This document shows, one piece after another, positions 40,663 to 51,136 of a stretch of 64,000 nt of DNA. The stretch spans positions 32,001 through 96,000 of the forward strand of contig CAWHWX010000009.1 in the NCBI GenBank assembly GCA_963833125.1. Reading direction: 5' to 3'. Every line of letters begins with the position of its first letter. Positions within the stretch are counted from its first letter, which is position 1. A model generated the notes under the pieces. That model was given only the letters and a program-made list of their open reading frames with translations, did not search any database and was not told the DNA's origin. This stretch comes from Candidatus Bathyarchaeota archaeon. Its GTDB lineage: Archaea; Thermoproteota; Bathyarchaeia; 40CM-2-53-6. The position numbers and the translations under genes were made by a program.

Positions 40663-41526
40663 CTAGATTTTCTTCGCCCGAATGAAGGAAACAGCCCAGT
40701 CAAAGCTGAAGCTTCCGTTCCTGGTGAAGTCCTTCAAACCATCTGCAAGCTCACTGTACAATACTCTTCGCTCTTTCTTAGGTAGTTCATTGAACTCCCG
40801 TCTAAGGCTGGCACTACTGAATCGCATGTCCAGAAAATCGTACACCCCACCGAGACGAACGTGATAAGCCCGTTCCTTGACCGTTATTCGAGTGAAACCG
40901 GTCCGTCTAAGTTCACGAAGCTGAAAACTAAGAGTCATTTTCCGATTTGCATATCGCTCGAAAGTAGCCAGAGCGGTTCGTTGAGTTCTCAGCCTAACCG
41001 AAGGATTACTAGTTCGATTTCGTTGCAAGATCTCTCCGAAAATCCTGTGCACTTTAACGTCCTTCAAACGCCAACTATTGTAAACAAGGCAACCACCCTC
41101 CTTCAATACCCTATACGCTTCGCTGGCCACTTCATCGAAATTAACGAATGATACTCCGCAATTCGAAACTACCGCCTCGAAAAAACTGTCAGGGAAGTAC
41201 AAGTGTCTCGCGTCCATAAACAAGAACTTCAGATTCCTTGGTTTAGTTTTCGTGGCTTTGCGAATTGCTAGGTCCAGCATGCCTCGCGAGCGGTCGATTC
41301 CGAAGACGAAACCTTTGCGCCCAACAACCTTAGCCGCCTCGGCCGCTCCGATGCCAGTTCCGGTTCCAATATCGAGTGCAATTTGCCCGCTGGATAGTCT
41401 AGCCGCAGCGACTAGATCGTGTGCGAATCTACGAAAGATCGGAACCCAATGCGTCTCCCACGCTTCTACGTCCTCGTCCCATAACCCTTGCCTAATTCTA
41501 TCAGCCTCTTCGACTGCCATCCTCAA
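40663..41526 (-). CDS. Class I SAM-dependent methyltransferase (UbiE-like)
   Basis: LDIGTGTG, GID.S.GML and YRVLKEGG. Confidence 0.88.
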   Translation of the reverse strand: MRMAVEEADRIRQGLWDEDVEAWETHWVPIFRRFAHDLVAAARLSSGQIALDIGTGTGIGAAEAAKVVGRKGFVFGIDRSRGMLDLAIRKATKTKPRNLKFLFMDARHLYFPDSFFEAVVSNCGVSFVNFDEVASEAYRVLKEGGCLVYNSWRLKDVKVHRIFGEILQRNRTSNPSVRLRTQRTALATFERYANRKMTLSFQLRELRRTGFTRITVKERAYHVRLGGVYDFLDMRFSSASLRREFNELPKKERRVLYSELADGLKDFTRNGSFSFDWAVSFIRAKKI

Positions 41527-41737
41527 AGTTTAGAACCTCAACTCCCGGAGGCTAATCATCTTAACTTAACATTTATCGCTGCTCCAAATCGAATAGGCAG
41601 AGTTTCTTGAACTGACTTTCGGATCAACCGAGTGCGTCGTCTCGTGATGTTACGGAGTTACTGTCGAGCGAGACGAAGTCTGATAAGAGCAGTGCGGAAA
41701 AAAGAAGAGTGGAGAGAGGAGGGAGTGTTACGTGGTT

Positions 41738-42252
41738 TCAACTGATTTGGTAGCGGACGGCAGAGAGTTGCACGTCCCACTGTGCCCCGTATTCGCCGCG
41801 GAAATCGCTGAAGGCATGCATTAGTACGCCGCCTGAACCAAGGCCGGTATCCTGTCCGTAGATAATGAAGTAACCTAGCCCTTCATTTGGGGCGGTGGCC
41901 GGACCCTGGTAGATGGAAGTATGTGTGTTAAGGATCATAGTCGCCCTCTCCAATGACCCACATCGATCACATAGACCTTGTACATGACCTGGAAGGTGCC
42001 TGAAAGCACTTTGAAGACCACATTGTATGGACCAACGAATGTTACTTGAATTTGGAGTTCAAGGTTGGCTGGACCTGTGACCCATTGCCCATTGATCCAA
42101 GCGCGTGCAAAGCCCTTGGTTGTAGTAACTGAGTATTGGTTGCCGACCGCAACCATGTTTCCAGCATATAGTGGATCTGCGTAGACGGTTGTTAGAGAGA
42201 GGCTTAGTAAGACGACTCCGAGCAAGATTGGGGGTACGTGTTTTGCCTGCAT
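41738..42252 (-). CDS. Secreted hypothetical protein (frameshift near 41945)
   Basis: Signal peptide in ORF 41935..42252, continuing in 41738..41953. A pyrimidine-rich terminator-like tract follows at 41697-41725. Confidence 0.6.
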
Positions 42253-42327
42253 TTTTCGATCACCAACGAGCCCCTTGGCTCATCTAATTTAAGGCGCTTC
42301 GGAAGGAATGATCTGGACGAATCGTCG

Positions 42328-43968
42328 ATGAACGTCGGGCCGCCAAAAAGACCGTGGATGGGCAGTTGGCCTAAGGATGTCCCGAAGTCAATTCATTACC
42401 CAGAACTCTCCTTAGGTCAGATGCTTCACAAAACGGCACAGGATTTTCCTGAAAGTCCGTCCTTATACTATTCGAAGCAGAAAATTACCTACTCTGAACT
42501 CGAAACGCTTGCAGGAAGGTTTGGAAAGGCCCTCCAAGAACGTGGGGTTAGGAAAGGTGATCGAGTCGCTCTTTATCTTCCGAATATTCCTGAGTTTGTT
42601 GTTGCGTATTATGGCGTGCTAAGAATAGGCGCGATTGGTGTTGCCATCAGCCCGCTTTACAAAGAACGAGAACTTCTTCATATTCTGACGGACTCAGAGG
42701 CAGGGGTCATTGTTTGCTGGGACAGACTCCTACAGTTCGTGGAGACGACCCGAACCAAGCGAAAACTGGAACGCATAATCACGGCAACCGGCCAGGATGC
42801 AACCTTACGAACCCCTAACCCGATTCAGAAAAACTCTACACGGAAAACCGAAAGTATGAGTACGCTTATCGCTGAAAATGAAAGTCCGCCATCTATCGTT
42901 GAGATTCAGCCGAGGAAAGACATCGGCCTTCTGCAGTATACCGGGGGAACGACTGGTGTGCCTAAAGGCGCGATGTTAACCCACCATAACCTCGTAGCCA
43001 ACGCTATTCAATTCTCCAGTTGGCTTGGGATGAAAGCAGGAGAAATTCACCTTGCCGCGTTGCCACTATTCCACATATACGGCATGACGGCGGCGATGAA
43101 TGCTCCGATCCTCACTTCTGGTTCGATCGCGCTCATTCCTGACCCGCGTGACACTGACGGAATTCTTCAAACCATCGACAACTTGAAACCTGCCGTTTTC
43201 TGCGGCGTCCCAGCCATGTACGTTGCAATAATTAATCGACCAAACCTCAACCGCGAAAAATTGCGTTCAATCCGTGTCTGCGTGTCGGGAGCATCGCCTC
43301 TACCCCTCCAAGTTCAGCAGAAATTCGAAGAGTTGACTGGAGGCAGGCTCGTGGAAGGTTACGGTTTAACCGAGGCAAGTCCCGTTACACACGTTAACAC
43401 CACTTGATAGTGTCGAGAAGAACCGTTTCGGCTCGATCGGCATTCCAATTTCAGACACGGAAGCGAAAATTGTTGATGCAGAAACGGGGGAACATGTTCA
43501 GCCACCTGGTATCGCTGGAGAATTGGTGGTACGTGGGCCACAGGTTATGATCGGATACTGGCATAACGCCCAGGAGACGAAGATGGTCCTCCGGGAGGAT
43601 TGGTTATACTCTGGCGATATTGCGACGATGGATCCGGATGGTTACTTCCGCATAGTTGACCGCAAGAAGGATATGATCAATGTTTCCGGAATGAAAGTCT
43701 GGCCGAGAGAGGTAGAAGAGGTGTTGTATGAGCATCCGGCCATCAAAGAAGCTGCAGCGCGATCGCGGCCCCCGATCCGACAAGCGGAGAGTGTGTGAAG
43801 ATTTTTGTTGTCTTAAGAGACGAATACAAAGGAAGAGTTCCACCCTCAGAGATCGTTGAGTTCTGCAAAGAAAGAATTGCCAGCTACAAGGCTCCGAAGA
43901 TAGTTGTGTTTCAAGATACACTGCCTAAAAGTTCAGTTGGCAAGATCCTTAGAAGAGAACTTAGATGA
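42328..43968 (+). CDS. Long-chain fatty-acid--CoA ligase (FadD-like), several frameshifts
   Basis: QYTGGTTGVPKG, EGYGLTEASP, GPQVM.GYW, SGDI, IVDRKKDMI and terminal LPKSSVGKILRRELR*. Confidence 0.92.
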
Positions 43969-44121
43969 AACTGTGTAGACCAGGTGCTTTGAAGCCTTTC
44001 AAATCTTTCGTCAATACTTAAGGGTCTAGTAGTTTCTACCGCACATCGTCTGGTATTTGGACTAAACAGTTAAGAAGTTGCGAACCTCGAACCGTTCCAG
44101 TTTCAGATAGAGTGTTCGGCA

Positions 44122-46074
44122 ATGGCTCTTCGTGAAATACTTCCAACCACGACGATGATATTCCCTGAATACCGTGCGAACTTAAAGACTCTCGCTGAAA
44201 TTCATCGAGAAAGCTTAGAGAAACCCGACGCTTTCTGGCGAAAAATTGCGGATGAGCTCTTCTGGTATGAGAAGAAGGGACCCGCCTTTGAAGAAATGGC
44301 TCAACCACCTTACGGCCGTTGGTTCCCGCAATGGAAGAGCAATTTGTCGTACAATGCACTTGATCGCCATGTTTCTGGGCCGAAGAAGAATAAGGTCGCC
44401 TATTATTGGGAAGGAGAGAATGGAGACAAACGAACGCTTACTTACAATGATCTCTACGAAGAGGTTAACAAGTTTGCTTCCGCTCTCAAGAAGCTGGGAG
44501 TCAAGAAGGGCGATAGGATCACAATATACCTCCCTATGATCCCTGAACTTCCAATCAGCATGCTCGCAGCTGTGAGAATCGGAGCGATTCACTCAGTAAT
44601 CTTCGCAGGTTTCACCGCTCAATCGATAGCAAACAGAATAGAGGACTCGAATTCAAAACTCGTCATAACCGCAGATGGGTCTTTCCGGAAAGGAAAGACG
44701 CTGGAGCTCAAACTGATCATAGATGAAGCGATCAAGCAAACGAGCGGCGTCGAGAAAGTCATCGTCGTGAAGAGAGCAAAGAACCAAGTCAACATGGAGA
44801 AAGGACGTGATCTCTGGTATCATGATCTGATAGCCTCAGGTGAGAAGTTCGTCGAGTCGGAACCTGTTGAAGGTATCCACCCAAGTTTCATTCTCTACAC
44901 TTCCGGTACAACTGGAAAACCGAAGGGAACAACCCACAGCAATGGTGGGTATATGACTTGGGCGCACTACACGCAGAAGGTGGTTTTCGATGTCAATGAT
45001 ACTGACATCTATTGGTGCACCGCTGATATCGGTTGGATAACAGGACACACGTACATCGTTTACGGGCCTTTGATACGCGGCATTACCTCACTAATGTACG
45101 AGGGCACGCCAGACTATCCGCAGCCTGATAGATGGTGGGATCTCGTCGAGAAGTACAAGGTCACAATCATCTACACAAGCCCTACAGCGATTAGAATGCA
45201 TATGAAATTCGGTGAGCAATGGGCTCAGAAACACAATCTAACTTCCTTGAGGTTACTCGGCAGCGTGGGCGAACCAATCAACCCTGAAGCCTGGAAATGG
45301 TACTTCAAGAACATCGGCCGGGAAACAACGCCCATCGTTGACACCTGGTGGCAGACCGAGACAGGTGGAATCCTAATCAGCCCTCAACCGGGAATCATAC
45401 CGATTCCGTTGAAACAGGGGTCGGCAACGTTGCCTCTTGCTGGTGTTGACGCTGACGTTTACAGTGAGAACGGTACGCCAACTAAGGCCGGAGAGAAGGG
45501 CTACATTGTCATTAAACGTCCCTGGCCGGGTCAATTCATGACCCTATGGAACGACGCTGCGAAATTCAAACAGGTCTACTTCACCCGGTTCCCCGGAATA
45601 TATTACGCTGGAGACTACGCCATGAAGGATGATGACGGTTACTTCTGGCTTCTGGGACGGGCGGATGAAGTGTTGAAGGTTGCGGGGCATAGAATTGGAA
45701 CAATTGAACTTGAGGATAGTTTGATTTCACACCCAGCCGTGGCTGAATCTGCCGTAGTCGGAAAATCCGACCCCGTGAAGATGGAGGTACCGGTGGCGTT
45801 CGTCGTCCTCCGACCCGGCTTCAACCCCACTGCGGAGCTCAAGAAGGAACTCTCAAACCACGTGAGAAACACAATCGGCCCTATCGCAGTCCCCGAGACA
45901 ATCTATTTCGTCAGCAAACTACCCAAAACACGTAGCGCCAAAATAATGCGACGAGTAATGAAAGCGGTTGTTGAGAACAAGGCCATAGGCGACGTGACCA
46001 CGATCGAAGATGAAACCAGCGTAGACGAAATGAAGAACGCATACAGCGGACTGCAAGCCGAGATTAAGAGCTAA
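44122..46074 (+). CDS. acs: AMP-forming acetyl-CoA synthetase
   Basis: YTSGTTGKPKG, DIGWITGH, VGEPINPEAW, DTWWQTETG, GRADEV and PKTRSAKIMRR. Confidence 0.97.
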   Translation: MALREILPTTTMIFPEYRANLKTLAEIHRESLEKPDAFWRKIADELFWYEKKGPAFEEMAQPPYGRWFPQWKSNLSYNALDRHVSGPKKNKVAYYWEGENGDKRTLTYNDLYEEVNKFASALKKLGVKKGDRITIYLPMIPELPISMLAAVRIGAIHSVIFAGFTAQSIANRIEDSNSKLVITADGSFRKGKTLELKLIIDEAIKQTSGVEKVIVVKRAKNQVNMEKGRDLWYHDLIASGEKFVESEPVEGIHPSFILYTSGTTGKPKGTTHSNGGYMTWAHYTQKVVFDVNDTDIYWCTADIGWITGHTYIVYGPLIRGITSLMYEGTPDYPQPDRWWDLVEKYKVTIIYTSPTAIRMHMKFGEQWAQKHNLTSLRLLGSVGEPINPEAWKWYFKNIGRETTPIVDTWWQTETGGILISPQPGIIPIPLKQGSATLPLAGVDADVYSENGTPTKAGEKGYIVIKRPWPGQFMTLWNDAAKFKQVYFTRFPGIYYAGDYAMKDDDGYFWLLGRADEVLKVAGHRIGTIELEDSLISHPAVAESAVVGKSDPVKMEVPVAFVVLRPGFNPTAELKKELSNHVRNTIGPIAVPETIYFVSKLPKTRSAKIMRRVMKAVVENKAIGDVTTIEDETSVDEMKNAYSGLQAEIKS

Positions 46075-46089
46075 GGAAGTGAGCTAAGG

Positions 46090-46662
46090 ATGAGCGCAAA
46101 GGAATCTCTGCTAGCCAACCCCGCACCCCTTGGCTTAATGGGCTTCGGGATGACGACAATCCTACTCAACCTAGCCAACATAGGCCTATTCGGAATCAGC
46201 AGCATAATCGTTGCAATGGGAATCTTCTACGGCGGACTGGCACAAATAATAGCTGGCGCAATGGAGTTCCGGAAAGGAAACACATTCGGAACCCTCGCCT
46301 TCACGTCCTACGGACTCTTCTGGCTAACGCTCGTCTTCATCATCATATCCTCCGTCGAGCGCCCCGCCGTTACTCCAGACAACACCGCGTGGGCAGCATA
46401 CCTGTTCATTTGGGGCCTATTCACGCTAATGATGTTCTTCGGCACACTAAAAACAAACAGAGCCCTTCAAACAATATTCCTATCGCTAGCAATACTCTTC
46501 TTCCTCCTCACTGCCGCACACTTCATCCCACAACTGCAACTAATCGCCGGAATAGAAGGAGTCTTCTGCGGCGTCAGCGCATTCTACCTCTCCATTGCAG
46601 AAATACTAAACGAAGCCCATAATCACGTCATCCTTCCCATCGGTCCCATAAAAGCCAACTAA
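46090..46662 (+). CDS. satP: Acetate uptake channel (GPR1/FUN34/YaaH family)
   Basis: ANPAPLGLMGFG, FYGGLAQ and GNTFG..AF.SYG.FW. Confidence 0.95.
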   Translation: MSAKESLLANPAPLGLMGFGMTTILLNLANIGLFGISSIIVAMGIFYGGLAQIIAGAMEFRKGNTFGTLAFTSYGLFWLTLVFIIISSVERPAVTPDNTAWAAYLFIWGLFTLMMFFGTLKTNRALQTIFLSLAILFFLLTAAHFIPQLQLIAGIEGVFCGVSAFYLSIAEILNEAHNHVILPIGPIKAN

Positions 46663-46778
46663 TCCTGAAATAGAGAGAGAAACACGGCCCAACGAAACAG
46701 CCACACACCGGGTACTGCAAAAGGCTAATGCAGTTCCGACGCACTTAGTTATTCGGCAACCGTTGCCGATGGACTCTT

Positions 46779-49088
46779 TTGACAATGAAAGGGATGCCTG
46801 AGAGTAACCGGCATGGCACCAACGGGTATGAAAGCAAAATAGGCGACCCATTTTCAAGTCTGAGACTTTTCGGAACAGTTCAACGCAGACAAAGCAACAT
46901 CCCGATTCAGACCACTCCATTGGTTGACCGCGAGGGAGAATTTGAAGCGTTACGCGATCTAGTTCATGAAAGCAATGTTCGACTCATGACGCTCACCGGT
47001 CCAGGTGGAACCGGTAAAACAAGACTCGCCCTAGAAGTTGCTTCTAACTCAAAGGATGAATTTTCTGATGGCGTCGTATTCGTATCGCTCGCGGCAGTCA
47101 CAGAAGCCAACCTCGTTCCGTCAGCAATAATCTCAACTCTCGGCGTCATGGAGAAAGCTGGAGAACCAATCGAAGATACTCTCATGGATTTCTTTAGAGG
47201 AAAGCAAACCCTCCTGCTTCTCGATAACTTCGAACAGGTAATCGAAGCGGCTCCCTTCGCTGCTCAACTTTTGCATGAATGCCCAGAGCTGAAAATGATC
47301 GTTACAAGCAGAGCACCTCTCCGCGTTCAGGGCGAGTACGAGTTCCCCGTCCTCCCACTAGCCGTACCGGACCTCACCCAGGCTCCAACAGCAAAGGAGT
47401 TAGAACGTTATGCATCCGTAACACTCTTCGTTCAACGTGCACAATCGATCAGATCTGATTTTGCCGTCACCCGCGAAAACGCGAAAGCGTTAGCAGAAAT
47501 TTGCACGAGACTCGACGGACTCCCTCTTGCGTTAGAGCTAGCGGCCGCCCGCACCAGAGTCCTCTCCCTCGAAGACTTGCTCCTTCGACTGCAAAAGAGG
47601 CTAGAACTCTTAACCGACGGACGACGCGACCTCCCTGAGAGACAGCAGACGCTTAGCAATACGATAGCTTGGAGCTACGACCTACTCAGTGAGCCGGATA
47701 AGATACTATTCAGACGACTGTCCGTCTTCGGAGGCGACTTCTCACTTGAAGCTGCCGAAGAGATTTGCATGAAGCAAGAAACTTACACTAAGGACATACT
47801 GGACAGACTATCACGGCTAGTTGAACAGAGCCTACTTCTAAGCGAACATGCAGAAAACGGGCTTCGATTTAGAATGCTGGAAACAATTCGCGAATTCGCA
47901 AATGAGTCACTTGTTTCGAGTGGCGAATCAGTTCGCACGGAGGAACTGTTTGTAGACTACTTCCTCTCATTTGCCGAAGAAGCAGCCTCGAGGTTGATGG
48001 GCCCAAAACAGGCAGGAATTCTGCTTCGGCTCGACCGCGAACATGACAACATTCGAGCAGCTCTTCGTTTGTCGATTGAACATGGGAACGCTGAGCGGAG
48101 CTTGCGTCTCAGCTCTGCTTTATGGAATTTCTGGAATATACGAGGGTATCATACGGAAGGACGAGTGTGGCTCTCGAAAACGCTAGAAAATGCAGGGCCA
48201 ATACATTCTGTGGCGCGGGCAAGGGCGCTCACTGGGGCTGGCGGCTTAGCCAAATGGCAGGACGATTTCTCTACAGCCTCGGCACTCTTGAACGAAGGTC
48301 TAGCTCTATCTAGGGACCTTGGGGATAAGGAAGGGGCCGCGTATGCCTTGAATTATTTGGCCAATGTGGCTGATGACCTTGGGAACTTTGCAGAAGCTCG
48401 TAGGCTGTACGAAGAGAGTTTGTCCCTATTTCGGGAGATTGAGGATAACTGGGGCGTGGCCTTGGTCCTCAATAATTTGGGTGTGGGGGCCAGGTATCAA
48501 GGAGAATATGAGCAAGCAACTAGATTTCACGAGCAAAGCCTCAAACTGTTTACGGAGTTGGGAGATAAACGTCGCGTTGCTCACTCTCTAATTAATCTTG
48601 GATCCGTGTTCGAAAGAACGGGCGAGTATGAAGCGGCACGGGAAATGTTCGACCGAAGCCTCTCGCTGTTTCGGGAGTTGAATGGGAAAGTTGGAATCGC
48701 TGAATCATGCTTTCTATTGGGTACCGTCTCTCGCAAGAAAGGAGATTATGACGAAGGTCGCAAGCAGCTTGCTGAATCACTGATCGTCTCGAGTGATGTC
48801 GGATATCGAGAGATAATTGTCAACTGCCTCGAAGAGTTCGCTGCATTGGATTCCGCTAGCGGACAAGTCAGTCATGCCGCTAGGTTACTCGGTGCGGCCA
48901 GCGCTATGCGAGAAGCCATGCAATTTCCAATTCCTCCGGCTTACCTAGATGATAAGAATCATAACGTAGATTTAGTCCGTTCCTCGCTGGGTGAGGAGCG
49001 ATTTCATGCCGAATGGTTTCTGGGGCGAACCATGACCGTGGAGGAGGCGATCGCCTACGCGTTGGCATCCGAAGGGGCGAATTCATAA
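46779..49088 (+). CDS. STAND (NB-ARC-like) ATPase with winged-helix and TPR repeats
   Basis: Walker A GPGGTGKT, Walker B LLLLDNFE, VTSR, LDGLPLALELAA, WSYDLL, RFRMLETIRE and 5-6 TPRs. Confidence 0.92.
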   Translation: MTMKGMPESNRHGTNGYESKIGDPFSSLRLFGTVQRRQSNIPIQTTPLVDREGEFEALRDLVHESNVRLMTLTGPGGTGKTRLALEVASNSKDEFSDGVVFVSLAAVTEANLVPSAIISTLGVMEKAGEPIEDTLMDFFRGKQTLLLLDNFEQVIEAAPFAAQLLHECPELKMIVTSRAPLRVQGEYEFPVLPLAVPDLTQAPTAKELERYASVTLFVQRAQSIRSDFAVTRENAKALAEICTRLDGLPLALELAAARTRVLSLEDLLLRLQKRLELLTDGRRDLPERQQTLSNTIAWSYDLLSEPDKILFRRLSVFGGDFSLEAAEEICMKQETYTKDILDRLSRLVEQSLLLSEHAENGLRFRMLETIREFANESLVSSGESVRTEELFVDYFLSFAEEAASRLMGPKQAGILLRLDREHDNIRAALRLSIEHGNAERSLRLSSALWNFWNIRGYHTEGRVWLSKTLENAGPIHSVARARALTGAGGLAKWQDDFSTASALLNEGLALSRDLGDKEGAAYALNYLANVADDLGNFAEARRLYEESLSLFREIEDNWGVALVLNNLGVGARYQGEYEQATRFHEQSLKLFTELGDKRRVAHSLINLGSVFERTGEYEAAREMFDRSLSLFRELNGKVGIAESCFLLGTVSRKKGDYDEGRKQLAESLIVSSDVGYREIIVNCLEEFAALDSASGQVSHAARLLGAASAMREAMQFPIPPAYLDDKNHNVDLVRSSLGEERFHAEWFLGRTMTVEEAIAYALASEGANS

Positions 49089-49159
49089 TTAGTCAAGTTG
49101 TAAATCACTAGGACTAAGAAATACAAAGTCTTTTAGGCGTAATCTCACGCTTAAACTGT

Positions 49160-49510
49160 ATGACACCTAAAGAGCTCCCCACAGTATCTAACCTCTCCGC
49201 ATTCACAAAAGAGAAAGACTTCGATACATACTTCACCTTGGTAACTCTGGCCCCCGACAACTGTGTTCCATCATGTAAAGACCCTGCAAAATTCCTTAGC
49301 TATGTCAATGGAAAATTCAAAGGAACAGCAAACAACGGCGACATTCGACTACACATGGTATCAGTAACCTTCGGTTCTGCTGACCTAGTCCTAGTGTGGC
49401 AGGCGAAAACCGCCGCGGCGGCGAAGGAGTTCCTTGTAGACATTTTGGCCGGATACCATTGCCATTGCAATACCATACATGCCATGTGGAGCCACGGCCA
49501 GGGCGGCTAA
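49160..49510 (+). CDS. Small GYD-like/ferredoxin-fold protein with a His/Cys-rich C-terminus
   Basis: 116 aa; TFGSADLVLVWQAK resembles the GYD motif; CVPSC; HCHCNTIH..WSHGQGG. Confidence 0.55.
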   Translation: MTPKELPTVSNLSAFTKEKDFDTYFTLVTLAPDNCVPSCKDPAKFLSYVNGKFKGTANNGDIRLHMVSVTFGSADLVLVWQAKTAAAAKEFLVDILAGYHCHCNTIHAMWSHGQGG

Positions 49511-49773
49511 AACGCCTGGCCGGATTCAGTTTAGGATACTAGGGAATATTCAAACCGTGCAGCCGAATCGTTTCAGCGTATATGACACATTCTGGACACG
49601 CAAACCAGAATTAGTGAGCGACAGTTAGTTGAGTAACTGACTCTTCAGACTCACTCTAGGATCCTCCTAGCACACTCCGTAAAGAAGGGTCGCCTATGTA
49701 GAAGTATATGCTAAAAGTGCGGGATAATTAAAAGACGAACATCTATTTTCTTCCGTTACTTCGGGTATGAAAT

Positions 49774-51123
49774 TTGCAGACCCTTACGAAAGAACAGCTT
49801 CTAGAGAAAGCAAAGAAACCCGCCCTAGATGCAATGAAGCTCCACCCCTTCTATCATGGAAAGATGGAGATCGTGCCCAAATGTGCGATCCGCGACTTCA
49901 ACGACTTCGCGATATGGTACACTCCGGGAGTTGCTGAACCGTGCAAGGCCATAGCGAAAGACGAACGACTCGTCTACGATTACACGAACAAGTGGAACAT
50001 GGTTGCCATCGTAACTGACGGAACCAGAGTTCTCGGTCTTGGGGACATCGGGCCAAAAGCTGGGCTTCCCGTTATGGAAGGGAAGTCGATTCTATACAAG
50101 TATCTCGGAGGGGTGGACGCGTTCCCGATTTGTCTTGGAACGAAGGATCCCGACGAAATCATTACAGCTGTTAAGTGGCTTCAACCCTCGTTCGGCGGAG
50201 TCAACTTGGAAGACATCTCGCAGCCCAAGTGCTTCCGCATATTGGACACGTTGAGAGCCACGGCTGAAATTCCGGTGTGGCACGATGACCAACAAGGAAC
50301 AGCAACGATCGTTCTCGCTGGACTGATCAACGCTCTACACCTGGTCGGCAAGAAGGCCCAGGATGTAACGGTTTCATTGATAGGGGCGGGCGCGTCGAAT
50401 GTTGCATGCAGTAGGCTGATGTTCGCTTACGGGATCAAACCAGAGAACACGTTCGTCGTAGACACAAAGGGTATACTAGGTCTTGAAAGGAAAGATATCG
50501 AGATGCGCAAGGCAGAGTTTGTTGACAAATGGCGCCTCTGCAGAACAACCAACAGCGAACAACGCAAAGGCGGACCAGCCGAAGCAATGAAGGACGCCGA
50601 CGTATGCATAGCATTATCCAAACCTGGACCGGACACCATCAAGAAGGAATGGGTCGCATCAATGAACAAGGACTCCATTCTTTTCGTATGCGCTAACCCC
50701 ATCCCAGAAATCTGGCCTTGGGAAGCAAAGGAAGCCGGTGCACGCGTAGTCGCCACAGGCCGCTCAGACTTTCCAAACCAAGTAAACAATTCCCTAGGAT
50801 TTCCGGGAATCTTCCGCGGAGCACTTGACGTCAGGGCTCGAACAATAACTGATGATATGTGCATCGCTGCAGCCAACGAACTGGCCCTATGCGCCCGTGA
50901 GAAAGGCCTGAGCGAGAATTACATCGCCCCCACGATGGATGAATGGGAAGTCTACCCCAGGGAGGCAGTTGCAGTCGGACTCAAAGCACAAGAGGTAGGA
51001 GTGGCAGGCTTGAAACTCACGAAGACCCAATTGCTTGAGACGGCTACATCAATCATCAAAAGGTCAAGGGACATGACCCAGAATTCAATGAAACTGGGCT
51101 ACATTCCTAAGGTTCCAGATTAG
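49774..51123 (+). CDS. NAD(P)-dependent malic enzyme
   Basis: YTPGVA, TDGTRVLGLGDIG, VMEGK, NLEDI, HDDQQGTA, ANPIPEI and TGRSDFPNQVNN. Confidence 0.95.
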   Translation: MQTLTKEQLLEKAKKPALDAMKLHPFYHGKMEIVPKCAIRDFNDFAIWYTPGVAEPCKAIAKDERLVYDYTNKWNMVAIVTDGTRVLGLGDIGPKAGLPVMEGKSILYKYLGGVDAFPICLGTKDPDEIITAVKWLQPSFGGVNLEDISQPKCFRILDTLRATAEIPVWHDDQQGTATIVLAGLINALHLVGKKAQDVTVSLIGAGASNVACSRLMFAYGIKPENTFVVDTKGILGLERKDIEMRKAEFVDKWRLCRTTNSEQRKGGPAEAMKDADVCIALSKPGPDTIKKEWVASMNKDSILFVCANPIPEIWPWEAKEAGARVVATGRSDFPNQVNNSLGFPGIFRGALDVRARTITDDMCIAAANELALCAREKGLSENYIAPTMDEWEVYPREAVAVGLKAQEVGVAGLKLTKTQLLETATSIIKRSRDMTQNSMKLGYIPKVPD

Positions 51124-51136
51124 GTGGGGAATTAGA

